Positions 51,903-62,015 are shown, numbered from the stretch's first letter. The stretch is 64,000 bases of DNA from Candidatus Zhuqueibacterota bacterium (GCA_049322915.1 JBMOPW010000014.1:954774-1018773), one strand, 5' to 3'. The notes: generated from the sequence alone by a model not told the origin. Made by a program: numbers and translations.

Positions 51903-52854
51903 GTTTCCCCGAATCAGCGCGCGGCTGGTTCTCGAAAAAATGCTCGCTGTGTGGATTGAAAATGACATTCAGGTTGCGGGGCAAAATTCCAATGTCGAAT
52001 TTCGAATTGAAATAGAGCTCGCCATCCAGATGGGCTGGCGCTTCGCTTTCGAATTGAAAACTGATTTTATCGATTGTAAAATAATTCACCACCGCGTCGT
52101 GGATATGGACTTTTTTGATCACGCGGAGCAGTTCTTTCACGCGCCCGGCCAATGGCAATTCCTGAATGAGGCACACGTCGAGCAGACCATCGTTGGCGAT
52201 GGCATTGGGAGTCAGATAGAATCCGCCGGCAAGTCGCCGTCCGATGGCAATGGTATTCAGAAATGTCCTGGCCTGTTTAGTGGAACCGTCGATGGTGATC
52301 TGCATTTCTTTTTCTTTGTAGGTCACCAGCGTTTTCAAAATATGCCACCAGTATTTGGATTTGCTGCCGGCCTTCACATGTCGGCTGTTCTGGGATTCAT
52401 AATTTTCGCACGCCACCTGGGCGTCGTAGCCCAGACCCATGCCGTTGATGAAATAGCGGTCGTTGCAGCGGCCGACATCCATTTTAATGATGTTCTTTTG
52501 AAAAAAGATGTCCCAGTCGCTGTCTGTGAACCGGTCGGAGAATCCCAGAATGTTGATGAAATCGTTGCCGGTGCCGGCAGGAATGGCGCCGAAAATCACA
52601 TCAGGCACATTGACGAGACTCTGCACGACCTCGCTGAACGTGCCATCACCTCCAACGGACATAATGTGCCGCACGCCTTTTTGAACGAACTGCCTGGCAA
52701 GTTCGGTCGCGTGCCCTTTTTTTTCGGTGAATACGATGTCTGCCGTGATGTGATGTTGAGCCAATTTCTCCCTGACTGTCGTTACAAAAGAGCCGGCAAA
52801 TCCGTTCCCGGCAATGGGATTGATGATGAAAACCCAGCCTGAGTGTTGATTCAT
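51889..52854 (-). CDS. YegS/DAGK family lipid kinase
   Basis: Motifs INPIAG, GGDGT, PAGTGNDF, GLGYDA, DGLLD, DGE. Confidence 0.93.
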   Translation of the reverse strand: MNQHSGWVFIINPIAGNGFAGSFVTTVREKLAQHHITADIVFTEKKGHATELARQFVQKGVRHIMSVGGDGTFSEVVQSLVNVPDVIFGAIPAGTGNDFINILGFSDRFTDSDWDIFFQKNIIKMDVGRCNDRYFINGMGLGYDAQVACENYESQNSRHVKAGSKSKYWWHILKTLVTYKEKEMQITIDGSTKQARTFLNTIAIGRRLAGGFYLTPNAIANDGLLDVCLIQELPLAGRVKELLRVIKKVHIHDAVVNYFTIDKISFQFESEAPAHLDGELYFNSKFDIGILPRNLNVIFNPHSEHFFENQPRADSGKHDRN

Positions 52855-52947
52855 TTTTCCTCCATCCAGATTTTGTGCGAGTGATGTTTCGTGATTCGGC
52901 GAATAGCGGCTGCCTCCAAAATTGGCGCAGCACGAACGAAGCGGTGA

Positions 52948-53196
52948 TTATAACACGCCGCCTCCGATGATGAGACGGATAATTCCGAACATGACAGCGA
53001 TTGCGCAGCAAATGACGCCGCCGATGGCAGCGCCGCGGGTTCGCTCGTCAGACGTGGCCAGTGAGATGACGCTGATGATAAGCCCAATGCCGGAGAAAGG
53101 GATGTTCAGCCAGTTTAAAGCGCCAAGACACGGGATGAATCCGACGACCATGCCCAGAATTGCCAGAATTCCCCAAATGAGACTGAGTGTTTGCAT
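52948..53196 (-). CDS. Small membrane protein
   Basis: About three hydrophobic helices; SD AAGGAGG. Confidence 0.75.
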   Translation of the reverse strand: MQTLSLIWGILAILGMVVGFIPCLGALNWLNIPFSGIGLIISVISLATSDERTRGAAIGGVICCAIAVMFGIIRLIIGGGVL

Positions 53197-53319
53197 TGAA
53201 TCCTCCTTTGTTCAAAATCCATGATCATTTAACTGCGCGGTAACTCCGTTGACAGAATGAATTGAATCGCCGATTGCCCATCCATTTTGCCTGCGTCACG
53301 TCCCTGCTCGTTCGCCAAA

Positions 53320-53670
53320 TTAAGCGCGCGGAAGTGTGAATCGCTCCCGGACAGATCTGCGTCCAACCTGCCGAACGAAGTACGCCAGGCAGACAATTTC
53401 GTTGACAATGAACGCCGCATACAACGGAATACTCAAGCGGTTGCCGGCGTAGGCCGCAGTGAAATCACCACGGGATATGGCAATGAATCCTGTGGTCAGC
53501 CCACAGAACAGGCAATCTTTATTGTATTTTGTTTTCCATTGACAGGTCGGCGTCAGCGCGTAAATCTCCCCGGCAGAAATCAGAAAAGGCGCCGTCACGA
53601 TGAAAAGAATGATCGCGCTCAGGATGAGCCATACAATCACAATGGCAAGTTTCACTTGCTGGTTCATCAT
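53320..53670 (-). CDS. DUF2752-like membrane protein
   Basis: C...CLFCGLT..F...GDF..A...N between TM helices. Confidence 0.78.
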   Translation of the reverse strand: MMNQQVKLAIVIVWLILSAIILFIVTAPFLISAGEIYALTPTCQWKTKYNKDCLFCGLTTGFIAISRGDFTAAYAGNRLSIPLYAAFIVNEIVCLAYFVRQVGRRSVRERFTLPRA

Positions 53671-53718
53671 CTATCAGTGGCCTTGTGTTTTCTGCAATCG
53701 GAGGAAAAACGCTCCGGC

Positions 53719-53928
53719 CTAATTGGTGAAAAAATCGAATATGTTGCCTAGCATGCTGCTCTCCGCTTTGTAGATTTCCGTGAATTTGCACCGGGCGCAG
53801 GTGACAGTGGAAAACCGTTGTGTCTGGACATTGAATATCTTCGTCCAGAATCCGCCGGTCGCCCGGAATTCACCGATCTCGTATTGCGTGTTGCCGCACT
53901 TGGGACATTTAAAATTCAGTTGGTTCAT
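53719..53928 (-). CDS. Zinc-ribbon protein (YpzJ/DUF2082-like)
   Basis: CPKC...GGFWTKIFNVQ...CARCKFTEIY. Confidence 0.85.
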   Translation of the reverse strand: MNQLNFKCPKCGNTQYEIGEFRATGGFWTKIFNVQTQRFSTVTCARCKFTEIYKAESSMLGNIFDFFTN

Positions 53929-53991
53929 GGTTCGATACCATTTTCAGCTAAGGTTATTGCAGCCGACGCGTTGGCTGCGACTAATGTGCGA

Positions 53992-54305
53992 TTAACCCTA
54001 CAACGTCATTTAGTAAATTTATCACAATATGTTGAGTTTTTCATCTATCAAAAATACAATATACAGCGAAAAAAATCTATGTGACGTAGTAGGGTTAACC
54101 CTACAACGTCATTTAGTAAATTTATCACAATATGTTGAGTTTTTCATCTATCAAAAATACAATATACAACGATAAAAAATCTATGTGACGTAGTAGGGTT
54201 AACCCTACAACGTCATTTAGTAAATTTATCACAATATGTTGAGTTTTTCATCTATCAAAAATACAATATACAACGAAAAAAATCTATGTGACGTAGTAGG
54301 GTTAA
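53992..54305. mobile_element. Three tandem copies of a roughly 99-bp MITE-like element, each bounded by TTAA
   Basis: Units 53996-54094, 54099-54198 and 54203-54301. TIRs CCCTACAACGTCA / TGACGTAGTAGGG match at 12 of 13 positions. TTAA at 53992, 54095, 54199 and 54302. Confidence 0.8.
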
Positions 54306-54997
54306 TTATCTGTTGGTAAACGCCACAGCTTCAGGTCTTTGAAGAGTTCCCCCTGACTGGCCCGCTGTTTTATACTTTCGGCCTGTTGGTACAGGAGATT
54401 TTCACCAATGACCACTTTAAAGTTAGGATCATCGTCGTAGGGAGCGTATATCACAGCGGTGAATTCTTTCTGTACCTCATTCAAATGAAGGGCCTGAGCG
54501 CGGGCATCCTCCAGTTTTTCAAACGATCCGGCGATCACGAACCAGATATGTCGACTGCTGATGCGGCTGCCGGTCAATCCGCGGAGAAGCTGCTGCCAAC
54601 CTGTTTCTCTGAGACGAGCAAACGTTTTGACCGAGTCGGTGACTGCCGGTTCCTGGGCGTACGCGCTGGCGACAATATTCATCTGGCCGATGTGGGTTTT
54701 CGTTGATTGGAGCGAGGCTTTAGGCACATCCACCTGACCGGCATTCAACAGTGCGGTAATGAGCGCCGGCGCGACGATTCCCAACTCGAAGATTTTCACC
54801 GGGCTGTGTTCGTCTTTGTGAAGAAATGCGATAACGCCGCCCAGATAAAACAGGACAACAACCCGCAAAGCATAGCCGAACACAGCCATGATGGTGACGT
54901 TGATGAGAAGTATGTTCAGATCAACTGCTAATAAATTCATGATAATGGGAGTGAGAGCTCCCATTCCACCTATCATAATTTTTTTCCCTGTTGTCAT
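54302..54997 (-). CDS. Membrane protein with a C-terminal SPOR-like domain
   Basis: N-terminal TM helices; WFVIAGSF..LEDA...FKVVIG. SD GGGAG before the ATG at 54997. Confidence 0.7.
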   Translation of the reverse strand: MTTGKKIMIGGMGALTPIIMNLLAVDLNILLINVTIMAVFGYALRVVVLFYLGGVIAFLHKDEHSPVKIFELGIVAPALITALLNAGQVDVPKASLQSTKTHIGQMNIVASAYAQEPAVTDSVKTFARLRETGWQQLLRGLTGSRISSRHIWFVIAGSFEKLEDARAQALHLNEVQKEFTAVIYAPYDDDPNFKVVIGENLLYQQAESIKQRASQGELFKDLKLWRLPTDN

Positions 54998-55375
54998 TTG
55001 AGGCACTCCCTCGTTATTGGTGCTTGCTTCATGCACGATCCTATTTAAGGGCCGGGCGGGCGCATGTATTTTTATCAGTCCGACGATGGGCAACTAAACC
55101 AGTTCGCTGAACGCGTCTGTCACTGCTTCAGTCTGAGCGCCACTATGCTGACCCGGACTTATATGGCAGTCAATATATAAAAAATGTATTATCATGTCAA
55201 GTAAATATTACAGTTCTATCAAATTAGTCGTAGGTACGCTTGGCGCTGGATGAATATCCAGCGCGATCATGTAGCTAAACAATTACAATGAGGCCCGGCA
55301 AAGCGCGGGATAGATGGTGGGAACAGCAGCAACGCGAACTTAGTACAGCATTTCACAATTTCTTGTAGGGTAGGT

Positions 55376-55453
55376 TGTCATGCCCGTCCCGCATTTGCGG
55401 GATTATCGGGCATCCTCAAAATGGATTCCCGCTAAAAACATGCGGGAATGACA
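55376..55453. repeat. REP-like double-hairpin palindromic element
   Basis: TGTCATGCCCG...CGGGCATCC-x-GGATTCCCGC-N8-GCGGGAATGACA. Confidence 0.7.
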
Positions 55454-55515
55454 GCACTCTATGAATGCAGTTTTTAAAATTTTCAAACCCTATAACAATT
55501 TATGAAATGATGTAC

Positions 55516-56193
55516 TTAGTCTTCCACGACATACTCAAACAGCAGACTGGACAACACGATGAAAATGATGTCGAACGCGACCAGGATGTTCAGCCAGGAC
55601 AGTGCGCCGGCGATTGTCCCGCTTTGGATTAACGCGCTCGTCGCTTTCACGGCGGAGAGAATAATGGGGATGGCGATTGGAAATAGCAGGACCGGCAGCA
55701 TAATTTCCCGCGCGCGCGTATTCACGGAAACTGCGGACAGCAACGTGCCCACAGCGGCGAACCCTAATGTTCCCAGGAAGACGAACAGGATCAGCGGCAG
55801 CAGAATCGGGAAAATGCTGAGGTTGAAGAAGACAATCATCACCGGGAGGATGATGATTTCCATCATCAGCATGAAGATAAAATTGCCCAGCGCCTTGCCC
55901 AGATAGATGACAATGTGGTCGACCGGGCAGAGCAGCAGTCCCTGAAGGCAGCCCTGGTCGACTTCGTAGATGAACGAACGATTCAGCCCCAGAATGCCGG
56001 CAAAAGTGATGGCAACCCACAGAATGCCGGGAATCATATCCAGCACCAGCGTGCTGCCCGGTTCGAACATGAAATTGAAAATGATGACGACGATCAGGCA
56101 GAAGATCATCATGGAGGAGATGGTCTCGCGGCTTCGATATTCCGAGAGAATGTCCTTCCAGGCGATGGTGAGAATTGCATTCATCTGGGTCAC
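55516..56193 (-). CDS. ccmB: Heme exporter / cytochrome c maturation protein CcmB
   Basis: Motifs IAWKDI..EYR, PGILWV, LQGLLL.P, REIMLPVLLFP. Confidence 0.93.
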   Translation of the reverse strand: MTQMNAILTIAWKDILSEYRSRETISSMMIFCLIVVIIFNFMFEPGSTLVLDMIPGILWVAITFAGILGLNRSFIYEVDQGCLQGLLLCPVDHIVIYLGKALGNFIFMLMMEIIILPVMIVFFNLSIFPILLPLILFVFLGTLGFAAVGTLLSAVSVNTRAREIMLPVLLFPIAIPIILSAVKATSALIQSGTIAGALSWLNILVAFDIIFIVLSSLLFEYVVED

Positions 56194-56897
56194 GAGATAC
56201 TCCCCTCGGTCATGTTGCGGTAATTGGCCTGAAAATTTTCAAACGTCGTTTCGCGACAGGCCTGCTGATCCAGCACCTTGCCCCTGGAGATGATGGCGTA
56301 GTGATCGGCCAGGGACCAGCCCACATGCAAATCGTGGGTAGTCATCATCAGCAAGCGATCCGGTGAAACCAGCGACTGCAACAAGTGGGTGAAAATATCA
56401 ATCCCCCGTTGATCCAGTCCGGTGAACGGCTCATCCAGCAGAATAATCCGCGGATCGTTCAACAGCGCCCGGGCAATGGCAAGACGCTGATGCATGCCGC
56501 GCGAGAAATTCCGGACAAGGTCTGTTTTACGCTCGATCAGGCCAACCTGAGCCAGGAGATCGTCAATCTCCCGGTCGTTCTGTTTGACCAGATACATACG
56601 GGAATAGAAGCGGAGGTTCTCTTCAGCGGTCAATTTATCGTAGAGAAAACTTTGATGGCCAATGAAGCCAATCTGCTTTCGCACATTGAGACGCGAGCGG
56701 TGCGGGTCTGCGCCGTCGATCGTGATGCTGCCATCGGTGGCGCGGGAGAGCGTGGCTATGATTTTGAGCAACGTGGTCTTTCCTGCGCCATTTGGGCCAA
56801 CGATCATCCAGAATTCGCCGGCGTTCAACGTGAGATTGATCCCGCGCAGGGCATAGATTGAGCCGAACGATTTGATCAGATTTTGAATGACGATCAT
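56190..56897 (-). CDS. ccmA: CcmA ABC ATPase
   Basis: GPNGAGKT, FSRGM, LLDEP. The ATG at 56897 overlaps the upstream stop (ATGA). Confidence 0.92.
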   Translation of the reverse strand: MIVIQNLIKSFGSIYALRGINLTLNAGEFWMIVGPNGAGKTTLLKIIATLSRATDGSITIDGADPHRSRLNVRKQIGFIGHQSFLYDKLTAEENLRFYSRMYLVKQNDREIDDLLAQVGLIERKTDLVRNFSRGMHQRLAIARALLNDPRIILLDEPFTGLDQRGIDIFTHLLQSLVSPDRLLMMTTHDLHVGWSLADHYAIISRGKVLDQQACRETTFENFQANYRNMTEGSIS

Positions 56898-57853
56898 GAT
56901 TTTCTTAACGTATATCCAAATCCAACAACCAGCAGAATGCCGACTGCGATGAGCACAACCCATTTCACCGGAAATGATTTATCCGGCAGGTTGGTCACAG
57001 TGATATCCAGGGTTTTCCCCGGCATGAGTCCGCGGACCGAGTACCGTTTGTAATTGATATTTCGGATGGGAAAATTGCCCATGGGCATAATTCCTGGCCC
57101 TTCCAGCGAAACCTCCGGGTTGGAGATAAAAATATTGACCTCTCCAATCGGGTAGAGCGTGTCGCGCGTGTAATGCCAGTCCCCTTTTTTATGAGGAACA
57201 AAATAGCGATACGAGAGTTGGCGCGACCCGGGCGAGAGCAAATCCGTAGTCAACAAATTGCCCTCCTTGATGAAGACTGATTGCCTGGCTTCCGGCGTGA
57301 GAATTTCCAGGTCGTGAAAGTGTTCCGGCAAGGGGAATTTCAAAACCCAACTTCCGCTGCTGTCGCTGTAGTTCTGACCGATGAACGTTTTTGTCCCCAT
57401 ATTTTGGATGATGAAAATTTCGCGCATCCGAATGCCTTCCTCTTCCGGTTCAATGAACAGATGCTCCAACTGGAAGCTGATCATATTCTTCAGGGAGGTC
57501 GTGTCGTAAACCACCACGCTGCTTTGAAGAGAGCCATGCCCCGGAAATAAACGCGCGCCGTGGCCGTAATAGACCACTCCTTCAAAAGTGGCGCGGGGGT
57601 AGTAGGTTTTCAGCGTATCGAAGGGGACAGCGTGGAAAGAGAACTCCCCGCGCTCGTTCGTCGTCTGGACGTAAGTCGAATCGTCGATCAGCGAGTGGCC
57701 CTGATAAACCAGCAGTTCCACGTCGATGCCGGAGACGATTGCGCTATCGGCTGAACCATTGTAGACAAATCCGGAGACAGCGCCTGTCTGACTGAACACC
57801 AGCGACGAGGCCGCGATATAGAGCAGGAAAAAAAATAGGATTTTTTTATGCAT
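56894..57853 (-). CDS. Periplasmic beta-rich protein with a C-terminal membrane anchor, within the ccm operon
   Basis: Signal peptide, beta-sandwich-like segments, C-terminal TM helix, no CxxC. Confidence 0.75.
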   Translation of the reverse strand: MHKKILFFFLLYIAASSLVFSQTGAVSGFVYNGSADSAIVSGIDVELLVYQGHSLIDDSTYVQTTNERGEFSFHAVPFDTLKTYYPRATFEGVVYYGHGARLFPGHGSLQSSVVVYDTTSLKNMISFQLEHLFIEPEEEGIRMREIFIIQNMGTKTFIGQNYSDSSGSWVLKFPLPEHFHDLEILTPEARQSVFIKEGNLLTTDLLSPGSRQLSYRYFVPHKKGDWHYTRDTLYPIGEVNIFISNPEVSLEGPGIMPMGNFPIRNINYKRYSVRGLMPGKTLDITVTNLPDKSFPVKWVVLIAVGILLVVGFGYTLRKS

Positions 57854-58052
57854 AATGATTACCGTCTGGTTTGATACATCAATCGGATGAATAAAACGAT
57901 TTACTGAAATTAGACCGATCATTCAAGCAGATATGTCCCATCTATCGCCCGCGCTGGATGAATGACCGGCGCGATCGTGGTTCAATAAACGGAATGCACT
58001 CCACATGAATTTTTTTCGGATGCCACAATTCACTCAAACTGATTGAGCAGGA

Positions 58053-60089
58053 CTATTTCGTGCGCCTCCGCCTTCCGCGCCTGACCTGAGGTTTGGCTGC
58101 CGGTTTGGCCGCTGGTCTGGCTGCGGCAAGCAATTTTTTCTGCTTGCGTTTATTTTTAGCCGAGTGAAGGAGAATGATGATGATGCCCACGGCCATGACG
58201 CCGCCGCCGATCCACATCCAGTTCATGAGCGGATTGACCATCAGTACAAATGTAGCGGACTCATCCTCCTGGTAGCTGGCGAGACTAACGTACAAATCTT
58301 CAATGAGATTCGACTGAACTGCAACCTCGGTGGTGTATTGCTGCTGTCCCATGCTGGATCTGTAGTAAAAGCGCTGCGGCACCAGTGTGCCCACTTTTTT
58401 CTCGTCGACATACACGGACATTTCGGCTGTGAGCACATCTTTATTGCTATCGTTGCGCTCGCCCATCTTCTCGTACACCAGCTTGTATTTGCCGATGCTG
58501 GTTGTTTCGCCTTTTTGCAGCGTGATTTCCTTTTCCTGTTTATAGACCGTGGTTCCAACAATCGCCACGTACACCATCATCACGCCGAGATGGATCAGGT
58601 AAGCGGAATAGCGCCGCGTGTTGAGTTTCATGACAAAACCGATGGCAGCCAGGAGACTCTTATCCTGAGATCTTTTGTTCGATGCGATGTTATTGATAAT
58701 TACTGAGAAAATAATGGACAGCGTCAGGAATGCAAACCCCAGGGTGAGCAGCGCATTTGCATTGCGAACCCCCAGTGCGAACAGAATGATTGCAAAGACG
58801 AAAGAGAGGATCAGCGCCGGAATAAATCTCTTCAATGTTTTTTGAGACGTTTCGCGCCAGGTGACTATCGGGCAGATCGCTATCAGCATCAGCAGGAATA
58901 TCCCCAGTGGTACCGAAATCCGGTTGAAGTAGGGCTGACCCAGGGTGATCTGTTTTCCGATGAACAGCTCCGTGAAGGCCGGATACAGCGTCCCCCATAA
59001 GATGGCGATCATCAACACTGAGAAAATGATGTTGTTCAGGAGAAAGGTGAAATCGCGGCTCAAATAGTTGTCGATGTGTTTCGGCGATCTCAACTGGCGC
59101 AGGCGCAACAGGATGAGGAAAATAGCCGCCGCAGCAACGATTCCCATGAACACGAGAAAAAGAGTGCCGATATTGGATTTACCAAAAGCGTGCACCGAGG
59201 AGATGATGCCGCTGCGGGTGATGAACGTTCCCAGAATCGTCAGTAAAAATGTGGTCACAATGAGCACCACATTCCACACCTTCATCATATCCCGCGATTT
59301 TTGCGCCATGAGCGAATGGACAAATGCCGTCCCGGTGAGCCAGGGAAGCAGCGAGGCGTTTTCTACCGGGTCCCAGGCCCAATACCCGCCCCAGCCTAAT
59401 TCAACATAGGCCCATTGGGCGCCTAAAAGATTGCCAATGGTCAGTGAAATCCACGCGAACAGCGTCCAGTTCCGGCTACGCTCCAGCCAGTCCCAGGATA
59501 AATCGCCCCTGATCAATGCCGCTATGGCGAAGGAAAATGGAACGGTGAATCCGACGAATCCCAGGAATAGCGTGGGCGGATGAAAGATCATTTCCGGGTT
59601 TTGCAGCAGCGGATTTAATCCTAATCCGTCCGGCATTGGCGTAGGCAATTTCTCGAAAGGATTGGACGCGTAGCTGACCAGTATCAGAAAGAACAGGGTG
59701 ACGATGTTGTAAACGGTGAAGATAATCGGTTTGAGCTGAAAGTCTTCTTTACGGTTCCAAAAGACGAACATGGCATTGAACATCGTCAAGAGCCAGGCCC
59801 AGAACAGGATGGAACCGTGCTGTCCGGCCCACACCGCGGAAATGGTATAAAGCAAGGGCAACTGCCTGTCTGAATACTCGGCGACATAGCGGATAGAGAA
59901 ATCCCGCGTTAAAAATGCAACTGCCAGCAGAGCGATCGAAACAGTGGCAAAAAGAAACTGCCCGTAGATAGCAATTTCAGCATTGTGAATCAGCGATTTT
60001 ATATTTAATTTAATTCCAGAGAAGCCGGCCCAAATGGAGTATGCGGTTAGCGCGAAAGCAGCCAATAAAAAATAATAACCAATTGCCAA
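58053..60089 (-). CDS. ccmF: Cytochrome c heme lyase CcmF
   Basis: Motifs WAGQHGS, GLNPLLQ, HPP, WAYVELGWGGYWAWDPVEN, SVHAF. Confidence 0.96.
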   Translation of the reverse strand: MAIGYYFLLAAFALTAYSIWAGFSGIKLNIKSLIHNAEIAIYGQFLFATVSIALLAVAFLTRDFSIRYVAEYSDRQLPLLYTISAVWAGQHGSILFWAWLLTMFNAMFVFWNRKEDFQLKPIIFTVYNIVTLFFLILVSYASNPFEKLPTPMPDGLGLNPLLQNPEMIFHPPTLFLGFVGFTVPFSFAIAALIRGDLSWDWLERSRNWTLFAWISLTIGNLLGAQWAYVELGWGGYWAWDPVENASLLPWLTGTAFVHSLMAQKSRDMMKVWNVVLIVTTFLLTILGTFITRSGIISSVHAFGKSNIGTLFLVFMGIVAAAAIFLILLRLRQLRSPKHIDNYLSRDFTFLLNNIIFSVLMIAILWGTLYPAFTELFIGKQITLGQPYFNRISVPLGIFLLMLIAICPIVTWRETSQKTLKRFIPALILSFVFAIILFALGVRNANALLTLGFAFLTLSIIFSVIINNIASNKRSQDKSLLAAIGFVMKLNTRRYSAYLIHLGVMMVYVAIVGTTVYKQEKEITLQKGETTSIGKYKLVYEKMGERNDSNKDVLTAEMSVYVDEKKVGTLVPQRFYYRSSMGQQQYTTEVAVQSNLIEDLYVSLASYQEDESATFVLMVNPLMNWMWIGGGVMAVGIIIILLHSAKNKRKQKKLLAAARPAAKPAAKPQVRRGRRRRTK

Positions 60090-60107
60090 AAGAATTCTCC
60101 TTGAAAA

Positions 60108-60491
60108 TTATTCTCGTTTTGCTTCGTATTTGGATGGACACTTCGTCATGATTTGGGTGGCAAGAAACACATTGTTCTCGTACTTGCCTTCAACGACGAC
60201 GGAAAGGTCTTCTGTAAACGTATCCGGGGCAACCCCTTTGTAACGGACATCCATCGTCCTGGAACCGTCCGTTATCTGGAATGTCAGCAGCAGGTCCCTG
60301 GCATTCCAATTGATCGAGCCCGGGACAATTTTTCCGTTGATGCGCGTCCCTTTACCAATGAATTGATCCTGCTGATCGTAAAATTCGCTCACTTCCAAAA
60401 AATAAACCGATGAATTGTTCATGCCGGACCAGAAGAGGTATCCAACAACCAGCAGGATAATGCTTCCGCCAACGGCTAATTTTTTATTCAT
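60108..60491 (-). CDS. ccmE: Heme chaperone CcmE, CxxxY variant
   Basis: N-terminal anchor, PDTF, VVVEG, TKCPSKYE. Confidence 0.93.
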   Translation of the reverse strand: MNKKLAVGGSIILLVVGYLFWSGMNNSSVYFLEVSEFYDQQDQFIGKGTRINGKIVPGSINWNARDLLLTFQITDGSRTMDVRYKGVAPDTFTEDLSVVVEGKYENNVFLATQIMTKCPSKYEAKRE

Positions 60492-60506
60492 ATCCTTTTC
60501 CCTCCA

Positions 60507-61775
60507 TCACTTGATAATATCCGTGCCCATAAAGTCACGGAGCACTTGCGGGACAACCACCGTTCCTTCATCGGTCTGATAATTTTCCAGGATGGCGATG
60601 ACTGTTCTCGGCAGAGCCAGACCTGAACCGTTCAGCGTATGCACCAGTTCCGGTTTCGCGGAGGCATTTCGTTTGAATCGAATATTCATGCGCCGCGCCT
60701 GAAAATCTTCAAAATTGCTGCACGAGGAAACCTCCAGCCATTTGCGCAATCCGCTCGCCCAGACTTCGATGTCGTAGCATTTAGCCGCGGCGAAACTGAG
60801 GTCCCCGGTGGCAAGGCTCAGCACGCGATAGGGCAGACCAAGCAGTTGCAGCACTTCTTCTGCATTCTGTAGCAGCGATTCCAGCTCGTCGTAAGATGTT
60901 TCCGGCCTGACGAATTTCACCATTTCCACTTTGTCGAACTGGTGCACGCGAATGAGTCCGCGGGTATCCTTGCCATAGGTGCCGGCCTCTCGCCGGAAAC
61001 AGGGGGTGAAAGCCGTGTAATACACCGGCAGTTGCTCGTCCTGCAATGTCACATCCCGCAACAGGTTCGTCACTGTCACTTCGGCAGTGGGAATCAAAAA
61101 TAAATCGTCGAGAGTCGCCAGGTACATATCCTCTTCGAGCTTGGGCAATTGCCCTGTGCCGAACATGCTCTCCCTGTTGGCAAGATAGGGTGGCGACACT
61201 TCGGTGTAACCGTGCTTTTTCACGTGCAGGTCCAGCATGAACGCGATCAACGCCCGCTGCAATCGGGCTCCCAGTCCAACGGTATTGATGAACGAGGAAC
61301 CAGCTACTTTGGCGCCGCCAGCCAGATCAAGGATGCCCAATTTTTCTCCCACTTCCCAGTGAGGAAGCGGCTTGAAATCCTGCTGCGGCAAATCACCCCA
61401 CGTACGAACCACCTCATTGGCCGACTCATCCTTGCCTTGCGGCACCGATGCGTGCGGGATATTCGGTATCCGGATCAGGATGTTGTATATGGTTTCATCG
61501 ATGACTTTGATTTTGTCATCGATGAGTTTTATCCGTTCGGATACCTCTTTCATTTTGCTGATGATTTCAGAAGCGTCCTGCTTCTGCTTTTTCAATCGTC
61601 CAACTTCTTCCGAAACAGTGTTCCGCTGATGTTTGAGTTCCTCGACCTCGGTTAACAGCTCGCGTTTCTCAGCATCCGTGGCCAGCAGCAAATCAATGTC
61701 AGCATGGTCGTTCTTTAACTGAACTGCCCGCTTCACGGTTTCAACATTTTGCCGGATGTACCTGATATCTAACAT
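60507..61775 (-). CDS. serS: Seryl-tRNA synthetase
   Basis: Motifs MLDIRYIR, LIPTAEV, FRREAG, HQFDKVE, EVSSCSN, LNGSGLA. Start moved to the ATG at 61775. Confidence 0.97.
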   Translation of the reverse strand: MLDIRYIRQNVETVKRAVQLKNDHADIDLLLATDAEKRELLTEVEELKHQRNTVSEEVGRLKKQKQDASEIISKMKEVSERIKLIDDKIKVIDETIYNILIRIPNIPHASVPQGKDESANEVVRTWGDLPQQDFKPLPHWEVGEKLGILDLAGGAKVAGSSFINTVGLGARLQRALIAFMLDLHVKKHGYTEVSPPYLANRESMFGTGQLPKLEEDMYLATLDDLFLIPTAEVTVTNLLRDVTLQDEQLPVYYTAFTPCFRREAGTYGKDTRGLIRVHQFDKVEMVKFVRPETSYDELESLLQNAEEVLQLLGLPYRVLSLATGDLSFAAAKCYDIEVWASGLRKWLEVSSCSNFEDFQARRMNIRFKRNASAKPELVHTLNGSGLALPRTVIAILENYQTDEGTVVVPQVLRDFMGTDIIK

Positions 61776-62015
61776 AGTTTTCCTCAGTATCTGAAATTTT
61801 TTGAATCGCCCTGATGACGGCGGAAAGGGCTTTCGACGCGTTTGGCTGTGCCAATGAACCAGCTGGAAGCCTGTTACTTTTCCCCGGACACCTCGAAAGG
61901 CAACCATGACGGAGGCCCGCGCTGAAATGCACAGGTGCATTGAGCGAACATCGCTGCTCCGTGCAATTCCGACCTGCTGGTAAAAATTCAGCGCGCGCTG
62001 CTCAAAAAGATCCGA

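Noticed and set aside
51901..52842. 313-aa plus-strand ORF
   Set aside because: It is the antisense shadow of the lipid kinase gene and has no recognisable motifs.
53992..54305. CRISPR array interpretation of the triple repeat
   Set aside because: The sequences between the palindromic junctions are near-identical rather than unique spacers, and there are no cas genes in the window.
61776..62015. N-terminal extension of SerS, or a T-box/structured leader upstream of serS
   Set aside because: The SD-backed ATG at 61775 gives the canonical MLDI start. I see only short inverted repeats and no T-box or terminator pattern.
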